64,000 nucleotides of DNA, from assembly GCA_963706595.1 (NCBI GenBank), contig OY970166.1, forward strand, positions 2,560,001 through 2,624,000. Direction: 5' to 3'. The notes beneath the pieces are model-generated. The model had not been told where the DNA came from. It ran no database searches and saw nothing but the letters and a program-made list of their open reading frames with translations. Below, piece after piece: positions 44,466 through 52,964 of this stretch. Source of the stretch: an uncultured cyanobacterium. Lineage in GTDB: Bacteria; Cyanobacteriota; Cyanobacteriia; Cyanobacteriales; Nostocaceae. The translations under genes and the position numbers were made by a program. Numbering within the stretch: position 1 is the first letter of the stretch; the number at the start of each line of letters is the position of its first letter.

Positions 44466-45113
44466 TTACAAAGGACCGGAAATACCTTGTTTGCGGATCA
44501 TCAAGAAGTGGAACAGCATGAACACCGCAATTAACCAAGGTAGTACAAAGGTATGAGCGCTGTAGTAGCGAGTCAGCGTTGCTTGACCGACACTAGAACC
44601 ACCGCGTAACATATCAGAGATAAAAACGCCAACTACGGGAATTGCTTCTGGTACGCCACTAACGATTTTTACAGCCCAGTAACCAACTTGGTCCCAAGGT
44701 AGGGAATAGCCTGTAACACCAAAAGAAACGGTGATTACAGCTAGGATCACACCACTAACCCAAGTCAACTCACGGGGCTTTTTGAAGCCACCGGTGAGGT
44801 ACACCCGGAAGGTGTGCAGAATCATCATTAACACCATCATGCTGGCAGACCAGCGGTGAATGGAGCGAATTAGCCAGCCGAAGCTGACATCATTCATGAT
44901 GTACTCTACAGAAGAGTAAGCTTCAGCCACTGTGGGCTTATAGTAGAACGTCATTGCAAATCCAGTAGCGAACTGAATTAGGAAGCAAACTAAGGTAATA
45001 CCACCCAAGCAATAAAAAATATTTACATGGGGAGGGACATACTTGCTAGTTACGTCTTCAGCGAGCGCTTCAATTTCTAAGCGCTCCTCAAACCAGTCGT
45101 AAACGTTGGCCAT
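44466..45113 (-). CDS. petB: Cytochrome b6
   Basis: [34 protein letters not shown]. Confidence 0.98.
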   Translation of the reverse strand: MANVYDWFEERLEIEALAEDVTSKYVPPHVNIFYCLGGITLVCFLIQFATGFAMTFYYKPTVAEAYSSVEYIMNDVSFGWLIRSIHRWSASMMVLMMILHTFRVYLTGGFKKPRELTWVSGVILAVITVSFGVTGYSLPWDQVGYWAVKIVSGVPEAIPVVGVFISDMLRGGSSVGQATLTRYYSAHTFVLPWLIAVFMLFHFLMIRKQGISGPL

Positions 45114-45439
45114 ACAATCTCAAATTCCTAAAAATCGGTTGCGGTTGATCAATCTCCCAATTAACAATTTTGGGATTTTCACAAAGGGGAGTTTGTTCTT
45201 TGGCTTTTGTGCCTTCAGAATGATAAGACTTTTCAGAAACTTAACACTCTGTAAATATGGAATATATTGCGTTCTCTTGGCAAGCTAACACCACAAATGC
45301 TTGTTACCAAGTGGATCTTATCGTTTGCGCCAGTCCAATCCACTGCATCAATTTTTTGAACAAGTTGATGAGAGGAATGCACCACTTCTATAAAAAAAGT
45401 AACATAGTTGAGATATAGATTTCATCAAAGACGTGGGAA

Positions 45440-45607
45440 CTAGTACAGGTCGGTGGAAATAAACCAACCATTCCAAGTCAACGAAAAGCCTATAGAATCA
45501 GCTTTTTGACTTTTGACCCCTTCGGGGTTCGCCAGTCGCTCATGGGGAAAACCCCCAAGACCGCGCTGGCTCACTTTTGACTTTTGACTTCCGCCCTGCG
45601 GTGCTAA
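45440..45607. mobile_element. MITE-like element with nested short repeats
   Basis: CTAGTACAG...TTTTGACTTCCGCCCTGCGGTGCTA; nested 43-nt unit also present inverted at 63921-63963. Confidence 0.6.
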
Positions 45608-45658
45608 GTATTTTTCGTCAGTGTTTTTCGGCAATTTGGGATCAGATGGAATTTGGAA

Positions 45659-46912
45659 ATGGGGTTCATGCAAAAACAGGTTTTTCGGCTAGGATTTTCG
45701 CTGTTAGTGGCGTTTTGGTTGGCTCTGGGCGCTCTCATCCAACCAGCAACAGCTTTAACGGATGAGCAAAAATTAGTTTCAGAAGTTTGGCGAATTGTCA
45801 ATCGCACTTATCTGGATGAGACATTTAATCATCAAAATTGGTCGCAGGCGAGGCAAAAAGCCTTGGAGAAACCATTAAAAGATCATGAAGCAGCTTATGC
45901 CGCCATTCAAAAAATGCTCAAGTCTCTGGGTGATCCTTTTACCCGCTTTTTAGACCCGGAACAGTATCGCAGTTTGCAGGTGAATACTTCTGGTGAACTG
46001 ACTGGAGTGGGTTTACAAATTGCCCTCAATCCTGAGACTGGAAAGCTGGAAGTAGTGACTCCGATTATGGATTCACCAGCAGATTTGGCTGGGATTAAAC
46101 CTCGCGATCGCATTATCAAAATTGAAGGCATTCTCACAGAAAATTTGACTCTAGATGAAGCAGCCACCAGAATGCGGGGGCCTGTTGGTAGTGCTGTCAC
46201 ACTTTTAATTGAACGAGACGGCATCGGCGCAAAAGAAGTCAAATTAGTGCGCGATCGCATTGAGCTTAACCCTGTGGTAGCAGACCTGCGTTTTTCTCCT
46301 CAAGGCACGCCCATTGGCTACCTGCGCCTGACTCAATTCAACGCTAACGCCTCAATGGAATTAGCACACGCTATTTCTAGTTTAGAGAAAAAAGGCGCAG
46401 CTGCCTATATTTTAGATTTGCGAAATAATCCTGGTGGGCTATTACAATCAGGAATTGAAATTGCCCGTCTATGGTTAAATTCCGGTACCATCGTCTACAC
46501 GGTAAATCGCCAAGGTGTTCAGGGCAGTTTTGAATCATTTGGCCCGTCCTTAACAGACGATCCTCTGGTAATTTTAGTCAATGAAGGAACCGCCAGCGCC
46601 AGTGAAATTCTCGCTGGGGCGCTGCAAGATAACGGTCGGGCGAAATTGGTAGGCGAAACTACCTTTGGTAAAGGGTTAATTCAGTCCTTGTTTGAATTAT
46701 CCGATGGTTCTGGCTTGGCAGTCACCATTGCTAAGTACGAAACACCCAAGCATCAAGATATTAATAAATTAGGAATTAAACCAGATACAGTAATTTCCCA
46801 AACATCAATTACCCGCGCCCAGATTGCCACAGAAGCAGACCTACAATATCAAGCAGCCCTGGAATTATTGAAAACAAATTCCGTGTTGGCGGGAGTGGGG
46901 AGTAGGGAGTAG
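45659..46912 (+). CDS. ctpA: C-terminal processing protease (S41)
   Basis: DLRNNPGG, GTASASEI, TFGKG; PDZ domain; divergent from petB. Confidence 0.9.
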   Translation: MGFMQKQVFRLGFSLLVAFWLALGALIQPATALTDEQKLVSEVWRIVNRTYLDETFNHQNWSQARQKALEKPLKDHEAAYAAIQKMLKSLGDPFTRFLDPEQYRSLQVNTSGELTGVGLQIALNPETGKLEVVTPIMDSPADLAGIKPRDRIIKIEGILTENLTLDEAATRMRGPVGSAVTLLIERDGIGAKEVKLVRDRIELNPVVADLRFSPQGTPIGYLRLTQFNANASMELAHAISSLEKKGAAAYILDLRNNPGGLLQSGIEIARLWLNSGTIVYTVNRQGVQGSFESFGPSLTDDPLVILVNEGTASASEILAGALQDNGRAKLVGETTFGKGLIQSLFELSDGSGLAVTIAKYETPKHQDINKLGIKPDTVISQTSITRAQIATEADLQYQAALELLKTNSVLAGVGSRE

Positions 46913-47095
46913 GGAGTAGGGAGTGGGGAGTAGAAGAGGCAGGGGTGCAGGGAGCAGGGATCAGAAGAGGCAGGGGTGCAGGGAGCAGGGAGCAGGGGGG
47001 AGAAGAGGGTGACTTCCTAATCACTAATGACCAATGACCAATGACTAATGACCAATGACTAATGACTAATGACTAATGACTAATGACTAATGACA
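46894..47095. repeat. STRR heptamer tracts between convergent genes
   Basis: GGGAGTA/GGGAGCA units at 46894-47000; ten AATGAC(C/T/A) units at 47026-47095. Confidence 0.9.
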
Positions 47096-47733
47096 AGGCG
47101 CTGGTAAGCATTTTCTATTACACGTTTCCCTCTGAGGAATCCTGTGTTAGCACCGGGACAAATGTACTGGAGTGTTTCTGGTGTAAAACTTTCTTGGATT
47201 AATTTCAGACTTTTAATTTGTCTAGGCCAGTGAAAGGTTTTGGCTGTGCGAAAAGGCACTGGCTCGCCTTCCTGGTTGGGAACTAAATGGCGGCCAGAAA
47301 ATAGCACACCGCCTAAATCACTGTAGTAAAGGCAAGATGAACCGGGGGAATGACCAGGTGTCCAAATTACCCTAGATTTGGAATTGAGTGTGAATTCCTG
47401 GGTAAAGCTGGTGACAGTTAATCCAGGTAATAAATAAGCTTCTTGCTCTTGAATCAGCACTTCACAGCCAAAGGTTTGCTGAATTGCTGCCGTTTTACCA
47501 ATTGCATTGCGATGAGTGAGAAATAGCCAACGCACGCCACCATGCGATCGCAAAAAATCTTGATTTGTGGAATCATCAGCAGGAGAATCTATCAGGATAT
47601 TGCCTTCGTTTCCTACAATAAGATAAGAGGTTCCCCCTAATGTGTCCCGATTTGGTGGAAAAGCAAAGATGCTATCTAGCACCGGACGTGGTTGCTTCGC
47701 TGTCTGACTTGGCTGTTGAGGTAAGGGGTGCAT
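47080..47733 (-). CDS. Metallo-beta-lactamase-fold protein (degenerate metal motif)
   Basis: NILIDSP, LFLTHR, WTPGHSPGS. Confidence 0.8.
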   Translation of the reverse strand: MHPLPQQPSQTAKQPRPVLDSIFAFPPNRDTLGGTSYLIVGNEGNILIDSPADDSTNQDFLRSHGGVRWLFLTHRNAIGKTAAIQQTFGCEVLIQEQEAYLLPGLTVTSFTQEFTLNSKSRVIWTPGHSPGSSCLYYSDLGGVLFSGRHLVPNQEGEPVPFRTAKTFHWPRQIKSLKLIQESFTPETLQYICPGANTGFLRGKRVIENAYQRLVISH

Positions 47734-47921
47734 GAGCAAAAACCGAAACTGAGGAGTGGTAAAAATTGAATAACAGAGTTGAAATTCTGAAGCATTAATA
47801 CTTGAGAATTAATAACTTCTGTGAACAGTTAGAGACTAATTGGGGTTTCGAGTCCTCCTGGTAGTGAAGGCTGTGGTACCGACACACTAGTGAGACATTT
47901 TTCCAAACTACTGAAGATGAC

Positions 47922-49391
47922 ATGACATTTTGGTTTCTCCTCCTACTGGGACTAGCTACTTATCTAATAGTGCAGCGCAGCGTCGCTCAAATTACCCGCA
48001 CGCCAGTTTGGTTGTTGTGGCTGGTGTTAATGACTCCAGCTTTGATATTGAGTGGATGGACACTGATGTATGGGAAGCAACAACCCCCACCATCAGCACT
48101 GGTTATTTGGCCATCAATTATCTGCGTCTTGTTATACTGGCTGTTGTTTCAATGGGGTCGGAGAACGCCAAGAGATACGCAAACTGAACCCCAGGCTGAA
48201 TCACAATCGGCTATCAATCCTACAGCAGAACCAGTACCAGTGCGTCCCATTGAACCAACGGAAGAAACTCAACTGAGAAATTGTTTTCCCTGGTCTGTGT
48301 ACTACATTCATAACATTGAGTACAGACCCCAGGCGGTGATTTGTCGGGGTCAGATTAGAACAACACCTACTCAGGCTTATGAGCAGATTAAGGCTAATAT
48401 TGAAGCACAATTTGGCGATCGCTTTCTCCTGATTTTTCAAGAAGGTTTGAATGGTAAACCTTTCTTTGTACTTGTCCCTAATACTCAAGCACATAAAAAT
48501 ACCAGCCAGCCAGAAAAAATTACACGTCCAGGATTAGCTGCATTTTTGGTATTAGCTACTTTGGTTACGACCACTCTAGTGGGCGCTAGCTTCGCCGGGG
48601 CTGACCCCAAACAATTGGCATCTGACCCAAGTATTTTGTGGCAAGGATTACCCTATGCTTTAGGGCTGATGACTATTTTGGGTATTCACGAACTTGGTCA
48701 TTATTTGACAGCGCGATACTACAAAATTCGGGCGACGCTGCCTTATTTTATTCCTCTACCTTTCTTTTTAGGCACTTTTGGCGCATTTATTCAAATGCGT
48801 AGTCCCATTCCTAATCGTAAAGCTTTATTTGACGTGAGCATTGCTGGTCCACTGGCAGGTTTCGTGGTTACTGTACCCTTATTAATATGGGGTTTGGTAA
48901 ATTCGGAATTGGTGCCGATGATTGACCAAACGGGATTTTTAAACCCGGAAGCTCTCAACCCCAAATCTTCAATTTTATTAGCATTGCTCTCCAAACTAGC
49001 ATTAGGGAGTGAGTTAACGTCAACCTCAGCAATTAATCTCCATCCGATCGCGATCGCAGGTTTTTTGGGGCTAATCGTCACAGCTTTGAATTTGATCCCC
49101 GTAGGACAACTGGATGGAGGTCACATTGTCCATGCGATGTTCGGGCAGAAAACCGCAATCATTATTGGTCAAATTTCCCGCTTATTACTACTACTACTGT
49201 CCTTAGTGCAGCAAGGATTTTTGCTCTGGGCAATTATCTTATTATTCATCCCCTTGATTGATGAACCTGCCTTGAATGATGTCACGGAACTGGATAATAA
49301 ACGTGACGTTTTAGGATTGATGGTAATGGCATTGTTAATCATCATTGTGCTGCCATTACCGCAGGCGATCGCTAACTTATTGCAAATATAA
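47922..49391 (+). CDS. Site-2 protease (M50, EGY-like)
   Basis: HELGH and NLIPVGQLDGG. Confidence 0.9.
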   Translation: MTFWFLLLLGLATYLIVQRSVAQITRTPVWLLWLVLMTPALILSGWTLMYGKQQPPPSALVIWPSIICVLLYWLLFQWGRRTPRDTQTEPQAESQSAINPTAEPVPVRPIEPTEETQLRNCFPWSVYYIHNIEYRPQAVICRGQIRTTPTQAYEQIKANIEAQFGDRFLLIFQEGLNGKPFFVLVPNTQAHKNTSQPEKITRPGLAAFLVLATLVTTTLVGASFAGADPKQLASDPSILWQGLPYALGLMTILGIHELGHYLTARYYKIRATLPYFIPLPFFLGTFGAFIQMRSPIPNRKALFDVSIAGPLAGFVVTVPLLIWGLVNSELVPMIDQTGFLNPEALNPKSSILLALLSKLALGSELTSTSAINLHPIAIAGFLGLIVTALNLIPVGQLDGGHIVHAMFGQKTAIIIGQISRLLLLLLSLVQQGFLLWAIILLFIPLIDEPALNDVTELDNKRDVLGLMVMALLIIIVLPLPQAIANLLQI

Positions 49392-49446
49392 TCAGTTAAC
49401 AGTTAACAGTTAACAGTTAACAGTTATCAGTTAACTGTTAACTGAC
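49391..49446. repeat. AACAGTT heptamer repeat with inverted part (possible bidirectional terminator)
   Basis: CAGTTAA x4 followed by TTAACTG units between convergent genes; similar tract at about 15553-15582. Confidence 0.7.
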
Positions 49447-49451
49447 TTAAA

Positions 49452-50018
49452 CTAACTGGAAGCAGAATCAGCCGTTTCTGATACTTTGGCCGCTGATGAC
49501 GTGCCACCCATCCGGATTTCCGAAGTAAAGGAAGCCATACTAAAGCCGCCAAAACGCTTGAGGATACTCACCCGCATCCGTAAATTGGGACTAGCAAACC
49601 ATAAGCGTTCTTCAGAAGACATGGTTTCGTACTCTGTAATTAAAGTCAAAGCGCCATCGTTACCCATCTTATAGCTGCCAGCAACGGGGGCTTTCTCCGC
49701 ATAACCCATTTCCCGCAGTAACTTACCTTCATGGGGATTGTCCGCATTGGGTATGGTAGCTAAAACAGTAGAGCCAGTATGTTTTTCTTCATCCCATTCC
49801 ATCGTGCCATTCCAGGTGACTCTAGCGCCACAGGAGGCGGCGCTGGGAGCAATTTCGTATTGTTCACATAGTTTGATCACCTCTGGATGATCTGCTGGCA
49901 GGCTTTCAATTACTAGGTCTGACTTGCCGTCTTCAGATTGTTTAAAAGCCAAATGGTGACTAGTTCGATGGGAAAACCATTTACCAGCACTCAATTCAAA
50001 AAATTCTTCAATATTCAT
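49452..50018 (-). CDS. cpcS: Phycobiliprotein lyase, CpcS/CpeS family
   Basis: [41 protein letters not shown]. Confidence 0.88.
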   Translation of the reverse strand: MNIEEFFELSAGKWFSHRTSHHLAFKQSEDGKSDLVIESLPADHPEVIKLCEQYEIAPSAASCGARVTWNGTMEWDEEKHTGSTVLATIPNADNPHEGKLLREMGYAEKAPVAGSYKMGNDGALTLITEYETMSSEERLWFASPNLRMRVSILKRFGGFSMASFTSEIRMGGTSSAAKVSETADSASS

Positions 50019-50089
50019 GAATTAAAATTACCCTGAAACAAAATTCTCAATATCCTACTGGCGGTCAAAAAGTGGTAAAAGGTGTTGAG

Positions 50090-50770
50090 TTAAGCTTGAT
50101 TAGCCTTCTCTTCCAACTTTTCCAGAGAAATCCTCGCTGCTTCGGCAACGTTGAAATGCTGATCTTTTTCTAAATATTTTAGAGCTGAAACACTCTTAGT
50201 AGTGGGAAGATTTCCCAAGGCTTCTGCCAGACGTTGCCGCACTAACCAATCCTCTGACTGAGCAAAGCGCAAAATACTATCTACAGACTCAATATCTTGG
50301 ATTTCCCCCAGTGCGGAAATTGCCGCTTCCTGCAACACTGTTTCGCTGCTATCCAATGCCTGAATTAAAACATCATGGGCGCGTGGATCTTTAAGATTAC
50401 CCAAGGAAACGGCGGCACTAAAGCGTACTAGCCAATCAGTATCTTCATAAAATGTCCGCACCAGGGCCTCAAAGGCTCTAGCATCACCTAAATAGCCTAA
50501 AGCTCCAGCCGCATCAGCACGAATGCCATAATCTGGGTCATTTTCCAAAATTTTGACTAAAAGTGAATAACATTCGGCTGTGGGCTTAACTCCCAGGGCA
50601 AATATAGCCATTGATCGCAGTTGCAGCGATTCATCATTCAATACCTTTTTAATTAAAGGTACTGCGTCTTCCGGGGATAGATTACGCAAGCTGGCCAGAG
50701 CTACCATGCGATCGCGCAAATTCGGACTTTCTAACTGAACCGAGATTTCCTCTAAGGGTAGAGCAGGCAT
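50090..50770 (-). CDS. nblB: HEAT-repeat phycobilisome degradation protein
   Basis: Lyase-type HEAT repeats: DPDYGIRADAAGALG, DWLVRFSAAVSLG, DWLVRQRLAEALG. Confidence 0.75.
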   Translation of the reverse strand: MPALPLEEISVQLESPNLRDRMVALASLRNLSPEDAVPLIKKVLNDESLQLRSMAIFALGVKPTAECYSLLVKILENDPDYGIRADAAGALGYLGDARAFEALVRTFYEDTDWLVRFSAAVSLGNLKDPRAHDVLIQALDSSETVLQEAAISALGEIQDIESVDSILRFAQSEDWLVRQRLAEALGNLPTTKSVSALKYLEKDQHFNVAEAARISLEKLEEKANQA

Positions 50771-50994
50771 TTAATTTTCAGCGCTTTCTTTACTTATCTT
50801 TACTTTAACCGATTCCCTTGTGAGGCTGTGGGCATAGCCATTTAGGAGTTGAGTCTGATTTCAGGATGACGCGATCGTGGTGAAAACATTGACTGGCTGA
50901 AATACGAGAGACTCTATCTGATTTAGCAGTCAGAATTAATAGTGAGCTGTGTCTCAAGTACGAAGTGAAACTTATGGAGTGGAATTACCGAAAA

Positions 50995-52362
50995 TAGTGG
51001 GTTTAAAGCCCCGTCACTTCGACAGGCTCAGTGCATCGCCTTCTAGGACGGCTTTTTATTTGAGCATTTAATTTATCTTTCATTCTAGCGATAGTTAAAA
51101 ATAAGGTATAATGTACCCAGGAGGTGATAAAAGTGTTTAACCTAACCTACGAATTTAAACTCAAACCGACTCAAAAACAATCGAATACTTTTGAGCAATG
51201 GCTTGAGATTAATCGTCGAGTCTATAACTATGCTTTGTGCGAACGTAAAGATTGGTATAAGTCTCGCAGTTGTCAGGTTAATGCTTGTTCGGTCCGCTCT
51301 GAATACATCATTCAGTCCGATACTCCCCGTCCTACCTACGCTAGTCAATGCAAATCATTAACCGAAGCGAAAAAGACTAATCCTGAACTAAAATCGGTAC
51401 AATCTCAGGTCTTGCAACAAACGTTAAAACGAGTTGAAAACGCATTCACAAGTATGTGGGAACAAAATCATGGATTTCCTAGATTTAAAAAATCTGGAAA
51501 GATGCGTAGTTTTGTCTTCCCGCAAATGAAGGAGGATAAATTAAGTGGTGGGAGAATTAACCTACCTGTGATTGGTTGGGTTAAATTCCGACAATCCCGT
51601 TCAATCCCAGATGGGGGAGTGATGAAACAAGCACGTGTAGTCAAGCGTGTTTCTGGATGGTACGTCATGTTAACTATCCAGTGGGATATTAGTCTACCCC
51701 AACCCATGCCACACGGGGAAGCAGTAGGAATAGATGTTGGATTAACAAATTTTATTGCCACTTCTGATGGTCTTTTAGTCAAGCGTCCGAGGTTTTTTGT
51801 AGATGCCCAACGCAAGCTGAAATTGCTGCAACAGCGTGTTTCCAGAAAACGATTAGGCTCGAACAATTGGAAGAAAGCACAAAAGAAAGTTGCCTCATTG
51901 CATGAGTACGTTGCTAATTGTCGTAAAGATTGGCACAGAAAACTGTCTCACCGAATCTGTGACAGCGCCGGGATGGTGTTTGTTGAGGATTTAAATTTAG
52001 TTGGTTTGTCCCGTGGAATGTTGGGTAAACATTGCCTGGATGGGGGGTTCGGACAATTCTTTAATATCCTTGAACAAACTTGTTTTAAACGCGATGTCTA
52101 TTTTCAAAAAGTAGATGCGCGGAAAACAAGCCAAATCTGTCCCAACTGCGGAATTAAGACAGGAAAGAAAGAACTTTCACAACGTACTCATGTTTGCTCA
52201 AATTGCGGCTATACGACTGATAGAGATGTTGCAGCTGCTCAAGTAGTCGCAATCCGCGGACTTGCAGCCGTAGGGCATACGGTCAAGATGCTTGCTGAGG
52301 GTAAATTCATTGGAATCCCCGCGAAGCAAGAATCCTCGTACCTTTAGGTCGAGGAGTGTCAA
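50995..52362 (+). mobile_element. Non-autonomous IS200/IS605-family (IS1341-like) element, tnpB only
   Basis: Left-end hairpin at 51005-51054 (interrupted); right-end hairpin CCTCG..ACCT-TT-AGGT.CGAGG then TCAA at 52359-52362; no tnpA; exact left boundary uncertain. Confidence 0.8.
51124..52347 (+). CDS. tnpB: RNA-guided endonuclease TnpB
   Basis: N-terminal HTH (YEFKLKPT..RRVYN), RuvC D-E-D (GIDVG, VEDL, DRDVAAA), zinc finger CPNCG/CSNCG. Confidence 0.93.
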   Translation: MIKVFNLTYEFKLKPTQKQSNTFEQWLEINRRVYNYALCERKDWYKSRSCQVNACSVRSEYIIQSDTPRPTYASQCKSLTEAKKTNPELKSVQSQVLQQTLKRVENAFTSMWEQNHGFPRFKKSGKMRSFVFPQMKEDKLSGGRINLPVIGWVKFRQSRSIPDGGVMKQARVVKRVSGWYVMLTIQWDISLPQPMPHGEAVGIDVGLTNFIATSDGLLVKRPRFFVDAQRKLKLLQQRVSRKRLGSNNWKKAQKKVASLHEYVANCRKDWHRKLSHRICDSAGMVFVEDLNLVGLSRGMLGKHCLDGGFGQFFNILEQTCFKRDVYFQKVDARKTSQICPNCGIKTGKKELSQRTHVCSNCGYTTDRDVAAAQVVAIRGLAAVGHTVKMLAEGKFIGIPAKQESSYL

Positions 52363-52830
52363 GAAATTGGTGCGATGTACGATGCTGAACATCGCTTCTA
52401 AGAAGCGCAGCAAATGATGTACCAATGTTGCCAAAATAACCAGTTGAAGTCTTTGCTAGAGACACATATTCAAGAAACTGAGCAGCAAATTCAAAATTTG
52501 TCACAGGTATTCAATACTTTGGATCAGCAACCACAGCGAATAACTTGCGATGCTGCGGCTGGGCTTGTCAGTGACGGTCAAAAACTCATGCTATTGACTG
52601 CTGATAATCCTCAAGTTATGGAGTTGGGACTGGCTGGAGCGCAGTCCAAGGTCGAAAACCTGGAGATTGCCTGCTATCGTGGCTTGATTAAGGTTGCTGA
52701 ACAGATGGATCAAAATCAAGTTGTGCAGTTGCTCCAGCAAAACTTGCAGCAAGAAGAACAAACAGCTCAAAAGATTGACCAGTGTATCCCGCAGCTACTC
52801 CAGCAGGCTAAGTCTAGTAAATCTCGTTAG
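52363..52830 (+). pseudogene. 5'-truncated DUF892 (YciE/YciF ferritin-like) gene with an in-frame stop
   Basis: EIGAMYDAEHRF*EAQQMMY.. in frame with ..HIQETEQQI..ENLEIACY..NLQQEEQ; TAA at 52399-52401; begins exactly at the IS right end. Confidence 0.75.
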
Positions 52831-52903
52831 AAACAGAGAAAGAAGATTTTCAGATGCTACCCTTTTCTAGGGGTCAAATTTTGGCTAACCTACTGATAGT
52901 AGT

Positions 52904-52935
52904 GAAAGCCCCACGGATAAATCCATGGGGCTTTC
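52904..52935. terminator. Hairpin between convergent genes
   Basis: GAAAGCCCCACGGA-TAAA-TCCATGGGGCTTTC. Confidence 0.65.
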
Positions 52936-52964
52936 AAGCAAGATGCACAAGTTTTTTGACGAAT

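Noticed and set aside
51124..52347. Nuclease-dead TnpB (TldR-like regulator) or Cas12f
   Set aside because: All three RuvC acidic residues are present, IS-type ends flank the gene, and there is no array nearby
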